Of a stretch of 64,000 nucleotides of DNA, positions 49,641 through 62,526 are shown piece after piece. The DNA lies in contig JAUFOQ010000005.1 in NCBI GenBank assembly GCA_040285855.1, positions 2,418,001 through 2,482,000 on the forward strand, in the 5' to 3' direction. Within the stretch, counting starts at the first letter, position 1. The number at the start of each line of letters is the position of its first letter. The notes beneath the pieces were generated by a model, which worked only from the letters and a program-made list of their open reading frames with translations, had not been told where the DNA came from and did no database searches. Source of the stretch: Eukaryota sp. GEM-RC1 (taxonomy: Eukaryota). A program made the translations under genes and the position numbers.

Positions 49641-50669
49641 ATGTTATTCGACACTTTGTATTGGATGCTTCACGATCTCTCGAACGAAAAAACTAAATTT
49701 AGATTATCAATGATTTCGAAAAATTCAATGAAATGTTTTATCGAAAAATTGTATTTTCATATAATTGTTACTCGACTAAATTCTATATTCAAGAAGGTTT
49801 TGACTATGATTATGAATTATATTCGTTTGTTCCAAATGACGAGTTTGATATAATGAATGTTCCAATTGAATTTCTTCAAAAGAATTACACATAAAAATAC
49901 TACATGTAAAAGATTGGCTTATATTTAACAAATCAAAATTGGTTTGTGACAAAATAAAATTCAATGGAGACTATAAAAACACATATTCAATTTGGAGAGA
50001 CCTATCAATTGCTTAAAATTATGTAATAAATTTGAGAATCCAACAGAATGGAAATTAGAAAAATTGAATATTCCATATATAGAATATAGTTATTCACATT
50101 GTAAGATTGTGAATGGTTGTCTTGAATTAATGTATTTAAAAAATTTGAAAATTTCGAGAGATTCCTACTATATTGATTATGGATCCATTATCAATATTAT
50201 AAAATATGGAGAACAAACCTTTAATTTACAAGATGCGCGTAGCATTTCAATCATTACAAAAGATTATAAAATTACATCACTCAATTATACATTAAGCTTA
50301 GAATCTGGAATCATTGAAGTACCATGGATTGAAAATATCAAACTTACAATTTTATCAGGATCGTATAGAGTGTATAATGGACCTAATAGTAATTATATTA
50401 TTAAATACAGAAATGAAATTGTGGAGCTTGATTGTAAAAGAACAATTATCAATATTGAGAAATGGAAAATCAAATCAATCGAATTGGATTATCATGGACG
50501 TATTTATAACAATATTTATGATGTTTTTGGTTATTTGAGATCAGCAAATTGTAACGAATCAAATCAAGAAATTACAATTGATGGTACAAAATATGAGGTA
50601 TACCTACAAGAAACTTATTATATATATCGTGAAAAATATGATTTGCTCAAAATTAATAATGCACAATAA
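49641..50669 (+). pseudogene. F-box-like family (MLFDTL) protein, frameshifted
   Basis: MLFDTLYWMLHDLSNEKTKFRLSMIS; 5' DNA nearly identical to the 59197 gene. Confidence 0.65.
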
Positions 50670-50688
50670 AATGATTTTATTTTTGAAA

Positions 50689-50920
50689 ATGAGATTGCCA
50701 CAATCAGTATTATATTCAATAACAAAAATTAATCCCGAAATAAATATTGATGAATTAGATTGGATTCATATATTTAAAGCGTATCAATTACCAAAAATAA
50801 TTGGACTTGATTTTGTTGAAGAATTAAAAGAGTTGAAAACATCTTTGGTGATTGTTGATAAAACTTTAAATAATCCAAAAGTATCAAAAGAACTTAAATA
50901 GAATTTTCTACATGGATTAT
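50689..50920 (+). pseudogene. 3'-truncated paralog of the 37688 gene
   Basis: MRLPQSVLYSITKINPEINIDELDWIHIFKAYQLPK; collides with a minus-strand fragment. Confidence 0.5.
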
Positions 50921-51051
50921 TATATAAAGTTCATTTTCAAATGTGATTGGACGATGTAATTTGCTTAATTTGTTTGATATTGAAATTATTTTTGATTTAA
51001 CATTCCAAGAAGATTTCAAAAGATTTCTTTGATGTAAATGTAGAATAACAT
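50915..51051 (-). pseudogene. Isolated F-box-like gene head
   Basis: Motif + MLFYIYIKEI/..KSKIISISNKLSKLHRPITFENELYII. Confidence 0.45.
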
Positions 51052-51074
51052 TTTATAAAAAAATAAAATCATTT

Positions 51075-51740
51075 TATTCTCCTTTTAGTTTTAAGTGAAT
51101 GTTGTTTAGGAACTTTGTATCTATATTTATCGAAAAATTCTTTTGTTTGAGACTTTAACATCTCTTAATTCCTTGTATAATTCATATTGTCTCTCAGGCA
51201 TTCTTTTATAGTGTCGAATATTAAAAGAACGATTCTCACAATTCGAAACGAGCTTTGAAAATTCATAATTATTTTTTTATCAATCTTGTTTCAATCAATG
51301 AATTATACGTAATTGAGATCATTGAATGTGCTGGAGAATTCGAAAACACATCATGTCTACACAAAGCATCTCTCATGCTTATTTCTCCATTAATCATTCT
51401 CTCAATGTTATCATGCCAAGGAGTTGATATGAAAAGTTTTATAAATGGTAAATATATAATCAACGTCTCATATTGTAAATTATTCTTCTTGAAATCATCA
51501 GTGATTTTTCTAATAATCAATTTTCTAACAAACCCTTTACATTTACGATATTTTGGCTTAATTGATTCAAACCATAATTCTTCACTACGAGGAATTAATT
51601 TATTAGCAATTACATAATCAGTGTCTTTAAAAATAATAGGACCAAATAACATGTGATTGAATCTCTTTGATATCAGGAATAACTTTTTTAGAAGCCTTAC
51701 TTGCATAATGATATATATTCCATATCAAGGTTTCCATCAT
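51075..51740 (-). pseudogene. F-box-like family protein, frameshifted
   Basis: Motif + ATG 51740; KLFLISKRFNHML; end approximate. Confidence 0.5.
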
Positions 51741-51761
51741 TTATAAAAATATAATCATTTT

Positions 51762-52537
51762 TTATAATTGTAGAAATACATTAATATCCAGAAATCCATC
51801 CAATACATAAACATAATGGTTGTTTATTCTATAATATTTATACAATTGATTTTCAAATTTAATAATTCCCAAACATTCACCTCGATCATCATAATAATAT
51901 CTTAAACCTGGGATAATTACATCATAGATATGTAAAACATTATTAATAGTTTTAATATCGTAGAATGTTTTGAAATATTTTATTTTATAATTTTCAAAAC
52001 ATATTATAATGGGATAGTATGATTTAAAGATAAAAGATTCACCACCATATATAATTAGCAAATCGCGTGGATATAATTTTACTTTAATATTTTTAACGTG
52101 TGGTAATATAATACGTTCACCACCAATTCCTTCAATGGACAGTGTTTCCATACCTTCGAGATGTTTATGAATTTTATAATATTTATCCATATTCATACCA
52201 AAATCAATTAAAAGATGCTTAACTCTCCTAAGTTTTTCCTGATAAGTATCATTATAAATTAATGTATGACGGACTTTATCATAACTGACATTAGAATAAA
52301 TACATAATCTATCAATCCATCTACTTACAACATTTATTCTTAAATCAGAATATTCACCTCTATTATAAACTAATAATTCATGATGGTCTTCTTTCTTTCA
52401 TAGCAAATAAGTATCATCTTTAAATATTTTTCTTGATATAATAAATCAAAGAATCTATTAGAAATTAAAATCAATCTATATTTAACACTCTCAATAGAAT
52501 TATAATAAATCAATTTAAGTAATGTATCAAATAGTAT
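51762..52537 (-). pseudogene. F-box-like family protein with lost start codon
   Basis: Motif followed by ATA CTA TTT GAT ACA (paralogs: ATG TTA TTC GAT/GAC ACT); ILPHVKNI..IYGGE. Confidence 0.55.
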
Positions 52538-52559
52538 TTATAAAAAATAAAATCATTTT

Positions 52560-52864
52560 ATTCTAAACTTGCTAAAAATTTATCAATGAAAATTGTCTTG
52601 AGTCTTTCTGAGCAATGTATATAATTTTCAAATTTTGCCTTGATTGCAATTTTCGCAAAATCTTCATCATCTTTAAATTTCTTTGGATAATCTTTGCAAT
52701 TTTCGCAAAATCTTCATCATCTTTAAATTTCTTTGGATAATCTTTGAAATTATCTGGATGCGATCTAATAATAATTTTGCAATCTCTACATCATTCCTCA
52801 TTTCATTAGGAAAAATAGGGATTTGGCCATGTGGTAATTACATATTTAGAGAATTCTATATCAT
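52560..52864 (-). pseudogene. DUF4116-like protein disrupted by a 50 bp tandem duplication
   Basis: 52644-52693 repeated at 52694-52743; KFKDDEDFAKIA, CSERL. Confidence 0.6.
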
Positions 52865-52867
52865 TCT

Positions 52868-53911
52868 TTAGTTCATTAGGAAACTCTTTATACAGGAAAT
52901 AACCATCCATTTGAATGTAATAAAATTTAATTCTACCATAATATACATAATTTTTGCATTACATATTTCGCCAAGTTGATTCTTTAGAATGAATATATCA
53001 TAGATATTATTTTCAGGAATTTTAAATCTATCATAAAACATAAACGATTCGATTTTGTGATTTTTAATTTTTAATTTCACCAAATATTTCCAGTTAGAAC
53101 AAAGTTCATCAAATAATATTGTTTCACCATTATACGAAATATATTGTTTATGAAATGAAAATGTTTTATAAGATTCTTCATAAGCTACTAACTTTAATGT
53201 AACATTTTTTATATTTGGTATCTCAATTATATCATCCATTATTAATTGTTCGTAATTGAATTCGACAATTTTAGAGTTTTTAATTATGACTTTAATTTCC
53301 ATATTGTATACATTATTAGAACTAAGTGGAATAATCTCATTTCCATATTTTATCTCAAGATACTCTCTAGTATCACTCTCGATATTAACTTCAAGATTTT
53401 TTAAAACGAGATGGCAAATGAATGACATTGCCAAAACAATTGTATATTTCATATTCTAACATTCCAAAATTTTCTGGATTCAATCCATTAAAATTTTCTT
53501 CATTGCCATAACTTTCATCAAGTGTTAATTTTTCAATATATTTGTTTCCTAATTGTAATATAAAACCATCACCACCACAACACAGATTGTCACACACAAT
53601 ATCACTTTCCAAAACAACTCTAAAGAATCATATCCACGTCCAAGAAATAAGTTCTTTACATGTAATTGTTTCTCCCATTCAAATTCCAGAGGAATCTTAT
53701 CATAATCGACAAAATCATTTCCATTTGAAACTAGTTGGTTATTTTCTTTGATATAGAAAAGATAATGATTAGGATATCCCTTCTCGTAACGAATATAAAC
53801 AATTTTTTCATATAACCATTCATTGAATCTTTTATTTATAATTGACATTTTGTATTTGACTCGTTCACTTCCTTGTTTGTATATTTCATATATCAAAGTG
53901 TCGAATAACAT
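52868..53911 (-). pseudogene. F-box-like family (MLFDTL) protein, frameshifted
   Basis: MLFDTLIYEIYKQGSERVKYKMSIINKRFN; KYGNE, IEIPNIKNV. Confidence 0.65.
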
Positions 53912-53934
53912 TATTAAAAAATAAAATCATTTTT

Positions 53935-54311
53935 ATACAAACCATACTTTATAGCCATTTTCATAATATCTTCATGTATTGACTCCTTCATATTCCTATA
54001 CAACATATTGAAATATGACTCGATACGATCATCATAAACAAATCTTTCACAATTCGCTTCAGCTTCAATTGCCATTTTAATAATTTCAATATTATTTCGT
54101 AAATAATCAGGAAATCTCCTAAATTCACCACAATCATCATCAAGAACTGCTTTGATTAATTTGATTGGTATTGGTTTAAAAGTTTTACAATATATTCAAT
54201 TTCAAGTAAATCAAACAACAAATGATTTTTTGTAGTTTTGGGAAATTTATCAATATTTTCATAACTACATATATTATAAATATTATTATAGATATCTACT
54301 AAATCGTCCAT
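53935..54311 (-). pseudogene. DUF4116-like remnant
   Basis: Motif + MDDLVDI; FPDYLRNNIEIIKMAI. Confidence 0.4.
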
Positions 54312-54334
54312 TTTTAAAAAATAAAATCATTTTA

Positions 54335-55299
54335 TTATTCTAACATACAAAGTGTTTAATTCTTGTGGATGACAAGTGAATGTGAGATTATTAAATTTTA
54401 CAATCCTTGTATCGAAATTTAACCCCTTCCATCTTTACCTCGATCTGAATATGCAAACACATCGTAAATAGTTGGCGAAATCGAATGCATTAAATCTGGG
54501 AATTTAAAATGACATATTTTCCAATTTTTGATTGTGATAAATACTTTATGTTCAAAGCTGATTGTAAATTCTTCTTCTCTATATTTTACAATATATTGTT
54601 TATCAGATTTATCATTATGCATGAAAATAATCAATTCCATATTTTTAATGTCAGGCAAATTGATTATTTCTGAATCCATACTCAAATTAGCTTTTAAGAA
54701 AACTATTTCGTAATTTTTGATTGTGAGATCTATATGGTCATAACCTATAAAGCGTAATTGTTTCTTTCCATATTGCACACAAATATCTCTAACATCATAA
54801 TCAAAATATCTAATACTACTTAGCTTTATATTTCTAATGCAAGGGATCTCAATATTTTGTGAATGACAAAATATTCAATCAATCCAATATTATCATGATT
54901 GATTTCTGGTAGAATATAATAAAAGATTCAGGATCAGGTATTAAATAATCGATATACACATTTCCAAGTTTGAAAGTTGTTCCAACAAAACGAATATTTT
55001 TAAATATTATTCCACTATTAATTGCTTCTATTTGGTCATCATTCTCTAATCTTAAATTTTGAACATGGGTGTTTTTCTATATTCCACTGGAATTGCTTTG
55101 AAATTAATATACATTTCAATCCACTTTGATATAATCTCATATTCATAATCAAAACTTTCTCTGATATAAAAATAAATATCGGTATATACAATTTTTTGAA
55201 AAGTAAATTATTGTAGTGAATGTTGATAAATGATATTTTCAATTTTGATTCTTCATTACAATAATTATAGATGTTATACAACAATGTATCACAAAACAT
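54335..55299 (-). pseudogene. F-box-like family protein, frameshifted
   Basis: MFCDTLLYNIYNYCNEESKLKISFI; INLPDIKNM..IKNWKI. Confidence 0.6.
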
Positions 55300-55479
55300 T
55301 TTTGAGAAATAAAATCATTTTTATCTAAATTATTTATTTCATTTCAGTCAATATGAGATTCAATGGTATCCTGGTTTATTGGAAAAATTTATAATAAATT
55401 AAAAGATGATTTTGTTATTATTAACAATTATTTAGCTTATATTTATCCAGATAGATTAGCTTTTCAAATGTGTTATAAA

Positions 55480-56412
55480 AATAATTTATTGATTGTGTCT
55501 AATATATGATACATGAGTTTCTTGGAAATGACAAGAATATTTATGATTATTAAAATTCACAAACTTAGTATCCTTATTTAAAACTATATTCAATCTACTA
55601 GAATTTAAGAATACATCGAAATGAATTGGAGTAAAGATGTTGTAAGGATGATATAAGGTGAGACTTTTGAATTTCTAATCCTTAATTTCAATATCTATTT
55701 GATTATAGAAAGAAATATCAATAAATTTATCAATATATTTAATTCTTATCAAATCTTTTTCAGTGTTTCAATCTTGGCTTTTATATTTTTAATAGATGGT
55801 AATTGTAATATTTTATAATTAAAAGGCCATAACGTAACATAATCGATTCCAGTAATTTCTTGATTTTGTCTAGTTAAAATGCATTTTGACATATATGTTA
55901 ACATTGATTCATCCATATATTCCAGGAGACTCCTTTGTGCAACTGACATCAATAAAATCTTTGAGTCGACATTATAATATGTTTTATTATAAGATGTATA
56001 ATACAACATTCAATGTTTGCTTCATTGATTCCATCAATTCGAAGATATTGATTTTCGAGTACTACATTTTCAATACAAGTATTAATCCTAAAATTTTGTC
56101 CAGTGAATTCTAAAACTTTAGGAATCAATCCACTTTCAGCAAATTTAAATTGATCTAGATCGCCAATAACCAAACGTTTCAAATATATTTTTTTGATCTG
56201 AATTCACGTGGAATATCTTGCAAATGTAATTTACGATTAGTTGGTATTTCATAATCATATAGAAAACTTTCTCTGATATAAAATCTTGAACAACTAAACA
56301 CAATTTTTTTGTAAAGTAAATTATTGAAATGAACACTGATACGAGATAGATTGAATTTTGCTATTTCATTGCAATGGGTGTAAATCAAATACAATAAAGT
56401 GTCAGTCAACAT
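55480..56412 (-). pseudogene. F-box-like family protein, frameshifted
   Basis: MLTDTLLYLIYTHCNEIAKFNLSRISVHFNNLL; LQLPSIKNI; end approximate. Confidence 0.6.
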
Positions 56413-56432
56413 TATATAAAAAAATAATCATT

Positions 56433-56919
56433 TTATTTCTTAAAACAAATCGGACATTCATAATCCACACATCCATATACATGACCACCACATAAACAAT
56501 GTCCACATTTTGTCAATATCATTAATGGATGTTTGATTTGTCCACAATAACAATGATGAGTTACTTTGTTATAACATTCAAAACATAATCTGTGACTACA
56601 ACCAGCTAATTCATCATCTCCTTGTATATTAGGACTCAAACATTCATTAGGCATCATTTCAACTCCATTTGGGATTGAAATTTTACAATTATAACAAACA
56701 TCTTTACTTGTGTCACAAAATCCCCAGGGAAAAATCTCTCCAAAATAATGCAACATTATGTCTATTATATTTTGTTGTTTACGATTCCAATGTCTACCAT
56801 CATGTTGAAGTTCTGGAGGTGGAATTTTCTTTTCAATTAACATGTTCATTGCAGGAGTATTGTCCAAACATTTAAAAGACTCGAGTATTGTCCAAACATT
56901 TAAAAGACTCGTTTGACAT
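56433..56919 (-). pseudogene. RING/zinc-finger-like protein with a 28 bp duplication near its start
   Basis: CSHRLCFEC and CYC..CGHCLC..C..CPIC; removing one copy of 56855-56882/56883-56910 restores MSNESFKCLDNTPAM in frame. Confidence 0.6.
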
Positions 56920-56939
56920 TTTTAAAAATAAAATCATTT

Positions 56940-57365
56940 TATTGCTTTTCATATTTCAACTGTAATTCATCAGAAAAGTAATTTAAATTTTGTTCATGAT
57001 ATTTCATTGCGAATAAACAAAATTCTTCATCTTTTAATGGCTCATCTGTAGATTCTTCTAAATAGTTACATTCCTCTTCTTCATATGCACTACGACATAG
57101 AAATTCAGGTATATCTAATTCCTTATTTTTGTAATATTGTTCAACAAACGAAAAGGAAGATAGTCAAAAGCACATGGATGGATTTTAATTGCTTTCATGC
57201 AAAATTCTTTGTCATTTCTTAATTCTTTTGAAAATAATGGAAAACATTTTTGACTTTTTTTAATCATGTTTAAACAATAATCTTTGTTATTATTTAAAGA
57301 TATATCGAATATTTTACGTAATCGACATTACTATAATAATAATCTTCGCAATCAGATGTTGACAT
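56940..57365 (-). pseudogene. DUF4116-like remnant
   Basis: FSKELRNDKEFCMKAI; several breaks. Confidence 0.5.
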
Positions 57366-57388
57366 TTTCAAAAAGAAAATAATCATTT

Positions 57389-58200
57389 TTATATCGGATT
57401 GAGAATATACATTCCTTTATAAGTATATATCCAATAATCTTTTGTATATTGTACAAATTCCAAATCATGTCTTTTAAATATTTCACTAAATGCAATATTA
57501 TAATATGTTTTTAAAATTCGAATTTCCTTTGCTCTAATTAAATCTAAATTAATATATATTGGAGTTTCGATAATATCATAAAGAATGTTGATATGATATT
57601 TTTCAATCATTTCGTTTGATGGATTAATTTCGCGAAGATGGCGATTGCATCTATTTATGACATTTGTGACAATTCCGTCATTGATATTTGTACTTATAAA
57701 TATCATACATCGAAGACTATCCTGATAACCTATATTCAAAGAGCAATTAATATTTAATGATACCAATTTTCTAATGAATGATAGATAGATTTCGTTTGGG
57801 TTAATGATATCCAAATCATATTTAAACCATAGTGTTATCTCAATTTTACTTGTACATTCTTTTAATATATTCAAATCATCTATATTGGAGGATTCGCAAT
57901 AGACATATAATTTGTCACACCTAATATTTGTAGTTCTAAAATCTTGTAAATCTTCTGAATCAATAAATATTCTATCAAATAAACAGTTATTATCAGGATG
58001 AGATAATCTCGCTTTTGCATCACGATAAAGGAGATAGGATGCTCTATAGCTCCCTCCGTCTTCATAAATCTCTGACAACATTGGCGTTGGCTTTTATGTA
58101 TCTCATAGATCTTGTATAAGTTCTCAGATACACATCCGTAATGTTGACTTTTCATTCGTTTGAATATCTCATTATACAAGGTATTCCATAGAGTAAACAT
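57389..58200 (-). CDS. QHYGCVS-family protein, one frameshift
   Basis: NTLYNEIFKRMKSQHYGCVSE; YEDGG.Y..RL.(H/N)P shared with 26910. Confidence 0.65.
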
Positions 58201-58216
58201 TTATGTAAAAAAATAA

Positions 58217-59197
58217 TCATTTTCTGCTATAGACGTAATACTTTTCTTTTGAATATAAATTATATCTTTTATTGTCAATTTTAACATTTCCAATAAATTT
58301 GCCCAAACAAAATAATTCGGGATCATCTACAAACACATCATATATCTCATCCATGATTCCAGACCAATTAAACACAATTGATTTAATTTTCCAATTTTCA
58401 ATGTTAATACTAAATATTTGAGAACGTATTTTCACAATTTCACTTCCATATTTGATAGTGAATATATTAGAATCTGGACAAGGATAACCATTAATTCTAA
58501 GTCTGATATTTTCGACCCATGGTAATTCGACAATTCCTTCTTTATGAAATATGCAATATTCTAATTTTCTAATAATATAATCTTTAGTTGTTATTCTTAT
58601 CGTAATAGCATTTTGTATTTTCAAAATTTGGTTTGCGTATTTAATACTCGATACCAAACGTTGATTACGAGGACCAAAAACAGATAAATCCAAATGTAAT
58701 GTCAGATTTCTTAAATAAATCAACTCCAGACAATTTGAATCACTAGAATAATAATAATTATAACAATCAAAATATTTAACATTTTTTCTAATTCTAAATA
58801 TTTTATATTCTTAGAATAATGTAGCTCTATGCAATTCACAGGTCTTTTCAATTCATATAACTTATCACCCATTACTGGTTTTACTATGTCGCATATTAAT
58901 TTAGAATCATTGTAAACATTCCAATTATCAAGAGTTAATTTTTTCAAATATAATTCTGTTTGTAGGAATTTTGTTGGAATCAATTTTATAGAAATACTAT
59001 CCTTATTTATATGTAATTCATATTCATATTTAAAACTTTCTTGAATGTAGAATTTAGTATTATGTAACCATGAATTACTAAAATAAACGATTTTCCTATA
59101 AAACATTTTATTGAATTTTTTGAAATCATTGACAATCTGAATTTAGTTTTTCATCTGAGAGATCATGAAGCATCCAATACAAAGTGTCGAATAACAT
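58217..59197 (-). pseudogene. F-box-like family (MLFDTL) protein, frameshifted
   Basis: ATG 59197 MLFDTLYWMLHDLSD; VELPWVENI..KYGSE..IENWKIK. Confidence 0.65.
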
Positions 59198-59212
59198 TTA
59201 TAAAAAATAAAA

Positions 59213-60213
59213 TCATTTTTTAATATAGACATAACAATTTTCTTGTGGAAATATACTATATTTTTTATTTTTAATTCTAACATCTCCAATAGATTCCTGT
59301 GTGTTATCATCGAATAGATTATCCATAATAACATCGGAAATTCCATCGGTAATTCTCATATCAGTTTCAAATGATTTAATTTTCCAATTTTCAATATTAA
59401 CAGTAAACTTCGGAGTATATACTTTCACTATTTCATTTCCATATTTTATAGTGCAAATATCAAAATTATTATAATAATCAAATATACTCTGAATTTTGAT
59501 ATTTTTAATCCATGGCAATTCGATAATATTTATTATATCCACACACATACTACAAGAAAGTGAAGTTATATTGAAATCTTCTATTATCACATATTCAATT
59601 ATTGAACGATAGACTAATTCTAATTTTTATTTCCACACTTTATACTTTTAGCAAACCCAGTTCCATCGCCATATAAATCTACAGAAAATTTCAAATTTTT
59701 AAAATTTAACAATTCAAGACAATCACTAAATCTAAAATCTCTAAAATCATTATTAAGATATTCGAGATATTGAATGTTTAATTTTTCCAATTCTAAAGAC
59801 ATTATTATATCATTTGAATAATATAATTTTAAGCAATTTACAGGCCTTTTTTAAATCATATAGACGATATATGTGATCACCAATGAATTCTACAACATCG
59901 CATATTAATGTGCTATTATTATAGATATTCCAATTAGTAATACATATTGTTTTTGTGTGTATATTTTTTTGAAGAAAATTTAGTGGAACGTCTTCCAATT
60001 TAAATGAAATGTTGGAATAATATCCCTGTAAATAATATTCATGTAATTCATATTCATATTTAAAACTTTCTTGAATATAGAATCGCCATGGATGCGTATA
60101 TACTATTTTTCGATAAAACATTTCATTGAATTTTTTGAAATCATTGATAATCTGAATTTGGTTTTATGATCGCATTCATCATGAATCATCCAATATAAAG
60201 TATCAAATAACAT
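59213..60213 (-). pseudogene. F-box-like family (MLFDTL) protein, frameshifted
   Basis: ATG 60213 MLFDTLYWMIHDECDHKTKFRLSMIS; IELPWIKNI..KYGNE. Confidence 0.65.
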
Positions 60214-60233
60214 TTATAAAAATAATAATCATT

Positions 60234-61078
60234 TTATTTCCAATAATCATATAGTTCTATAACTCTCGTAAAAGGACTATATATTTCAACATTAGAATAA
60301 TATACATAATGGTCCTTGGTTTTATAATAGACATGTGGAATTCCTCTAAATCTAGCAGCTCCATCAAATGTGCTCTTATCAGGAGACATTACAATAGCAT
60401 CACATTTTAATCCAAATGCATCATAACTGGATACATAATATCTGAACTTGAAATCTTCAATATACATGATGTTATCCCTAGCCGCTCTAGTATTTATTGT
60501 TTGGTTTCCACAAGTTAATTTCAAATCTTCAAATCTATGATCAGTTCCATAAGAAAATTTAATATTTCTGACATTTGGCAATTCTATATTATGAATACGA
60601 TCATAGCTAATACCATTCGTACATCCAATATTTACTCTAAATTCTAATGCATTGAGATTTAATTTATTTATTTTTTAAAAATTGTTGATAGTAATCAATT
60701 CCATAATTATTTACTATTGTTTCATCGATTACCAAATGTTTGATATTCAAAGATTCTAATTGCGAATCAGACAATTTATTCAAAGACTTCATATAAACCT
60801 TTCTTGCCATTATTTTAGATGAAATAAATTCATTTACATGTTGTGACCTTAATAGTAATTTATTTACTATGATTGGAAAATCTTCTGTTATGAGTGCGAA
60901 AGATATTGGGCTCTTTGTAACACATTCCCATGAATTATTGTGTTTTCTAAGATAATAATATTTAGAAATTATAATTTCTTCGTGGAATGAAGCAAATCTA
61001 TTTGAGATGCATAATAATTTATATCTTGTTTCTTCTGAAGAATAATCATAAATGAGTTGAATTAAAAGTCTCCAACAT
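60234..61078 (-). pseudogene. F-box-like family protein, frameshifted
   Basis: LIQLIYDYSSEETRYKLLCISNRF; IELPNVRNI. Confidence 0.55.
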
Positions 61079-61116
61079 TATATGTTTGAATAATCATTTT
61101 TTTCTTCAATTAATCA

Positions 61117-61745
61117 TCAAACAAAATCCAAGGAAAATAATTCATAGTATATAACATGATGATTGAATGGATTATAATCATTCATAGTATCTTTCATTGG
61201 ATATACATATCTATCAATATAAGCCAAATCCTCTCTTGCTTTTGTCGCTAATTCTAGATTTGCACCAAGACTCTCACCATTTGTAAATAATCTTATATAT
61301 TCGTCTAATGTTGCTTCTCTTTCCTCTTCTGATTCTATCATTGAAAATTCATTTAATGATTTTGCAATTTTTCAACCAAAGTATCTATTAACATTGGAAT
61401 TCCCAAATAATGTGCAGCAAAAGTTAATCTAAAAGTTGTTCCTTTGTTTTATTTTGGGTAAATAAATTTTTAAATGTTATTAGCTCATAAGTAGGAAAAT
61501 AATCTTTTATTGACAATCTCTTCCATTCCAGCCATCCACCCAACACATACTATTAATTCCTCATAAGTTATTAGTGGGAAGCTTAGAATTTCCATTGGTG
61601 CATTGTCGTATAACTTATCAATGGCAGTTGATTGTAATCTATAACTTAATGGTATTGATATTACATTGGAATTTGGTGGTGAATTAATTTTAATATAATC
61701 AATTACTCCATCTTTAGGAACATCAGGAACATCAGGAACACTCAT
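61117..61745 (-). CDS. Skp1-like (BTB/POZ) protein, frameshifted
   Basis: QSTAIDKL..FPLITYEELIVCVGW, then TFRLTFAAHYLGIPMLID (61381-61440, reverse), like Skp1 LFELILAANYLDI..LLD. Confidence 0.65.
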
Positions 61746-61854
61746 TTTTATTTCGAAAAAATTAGCTCATTACATTTATAGGTATTATATTTATAGGGAT
61801 TGTATATGTGAAAATTCTTAAATTTATAACATTCATATTCAATATCGCCAATTT

Positions 61855-62512
61855 CTATATTTCCAAGAAATGATAACCCATTAATCTGTCCAATATTTTT
61901 TCAATTACAATACACCATTTAGTAGCTAAAAATACATCATAAACAAAATCATTATCAAAACTCATTAACCAATCAACAAATACACTATATATATAATGAT
62001 ATTCAGTATAATTTTCCAAATTGATTGTTGATTCATTCTTAAATCTAAACCTATATATAATATGAGATATTTTTCCATTTCTAATACTTACAGTAAGCTT
62101 AGTTCTATCTAGAATGGGAATATTGTAAATATTTTCATCCCTATATATTATATTAAAGAACCGCAACAAATCATTAGAATCATCAGATACAGAGACATCA
62201 ATATTATCTATATATGGAAGATGAATTTCTGGATAATCAATAAGACGTACGTGAAATTTTAATTTATTCATATTTAATTGTTCTGCGATTTTATAAAATT
62301 TATCCAAAGTTTCTATACCTTCCACTTCCCAATCACCTTCATCTTCTTTTAGTTCTAACTCGAAAACATCATCAATCTCTAATGTTAATAATTTTTGTCA
62401 AATAATAATGGTAAAGTTTCTTCATCATAATTTACAATAACAATTGTATCTATGTATAAATTTTTATATGTCTTGAAATTCTCATAATGATACTCAAAAG
62501 ACGCATAGTTCC
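61855..62512 (-). pseudogene. Headless body of an F-box-like family gene
   Basis: IHLPYIDNI..IYRDE; coding-like sequence runs to ~62512 with no upstream motif. Confidence 0.5.
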
Positions 62513-62526
62513 AATTTTTAATAAAA

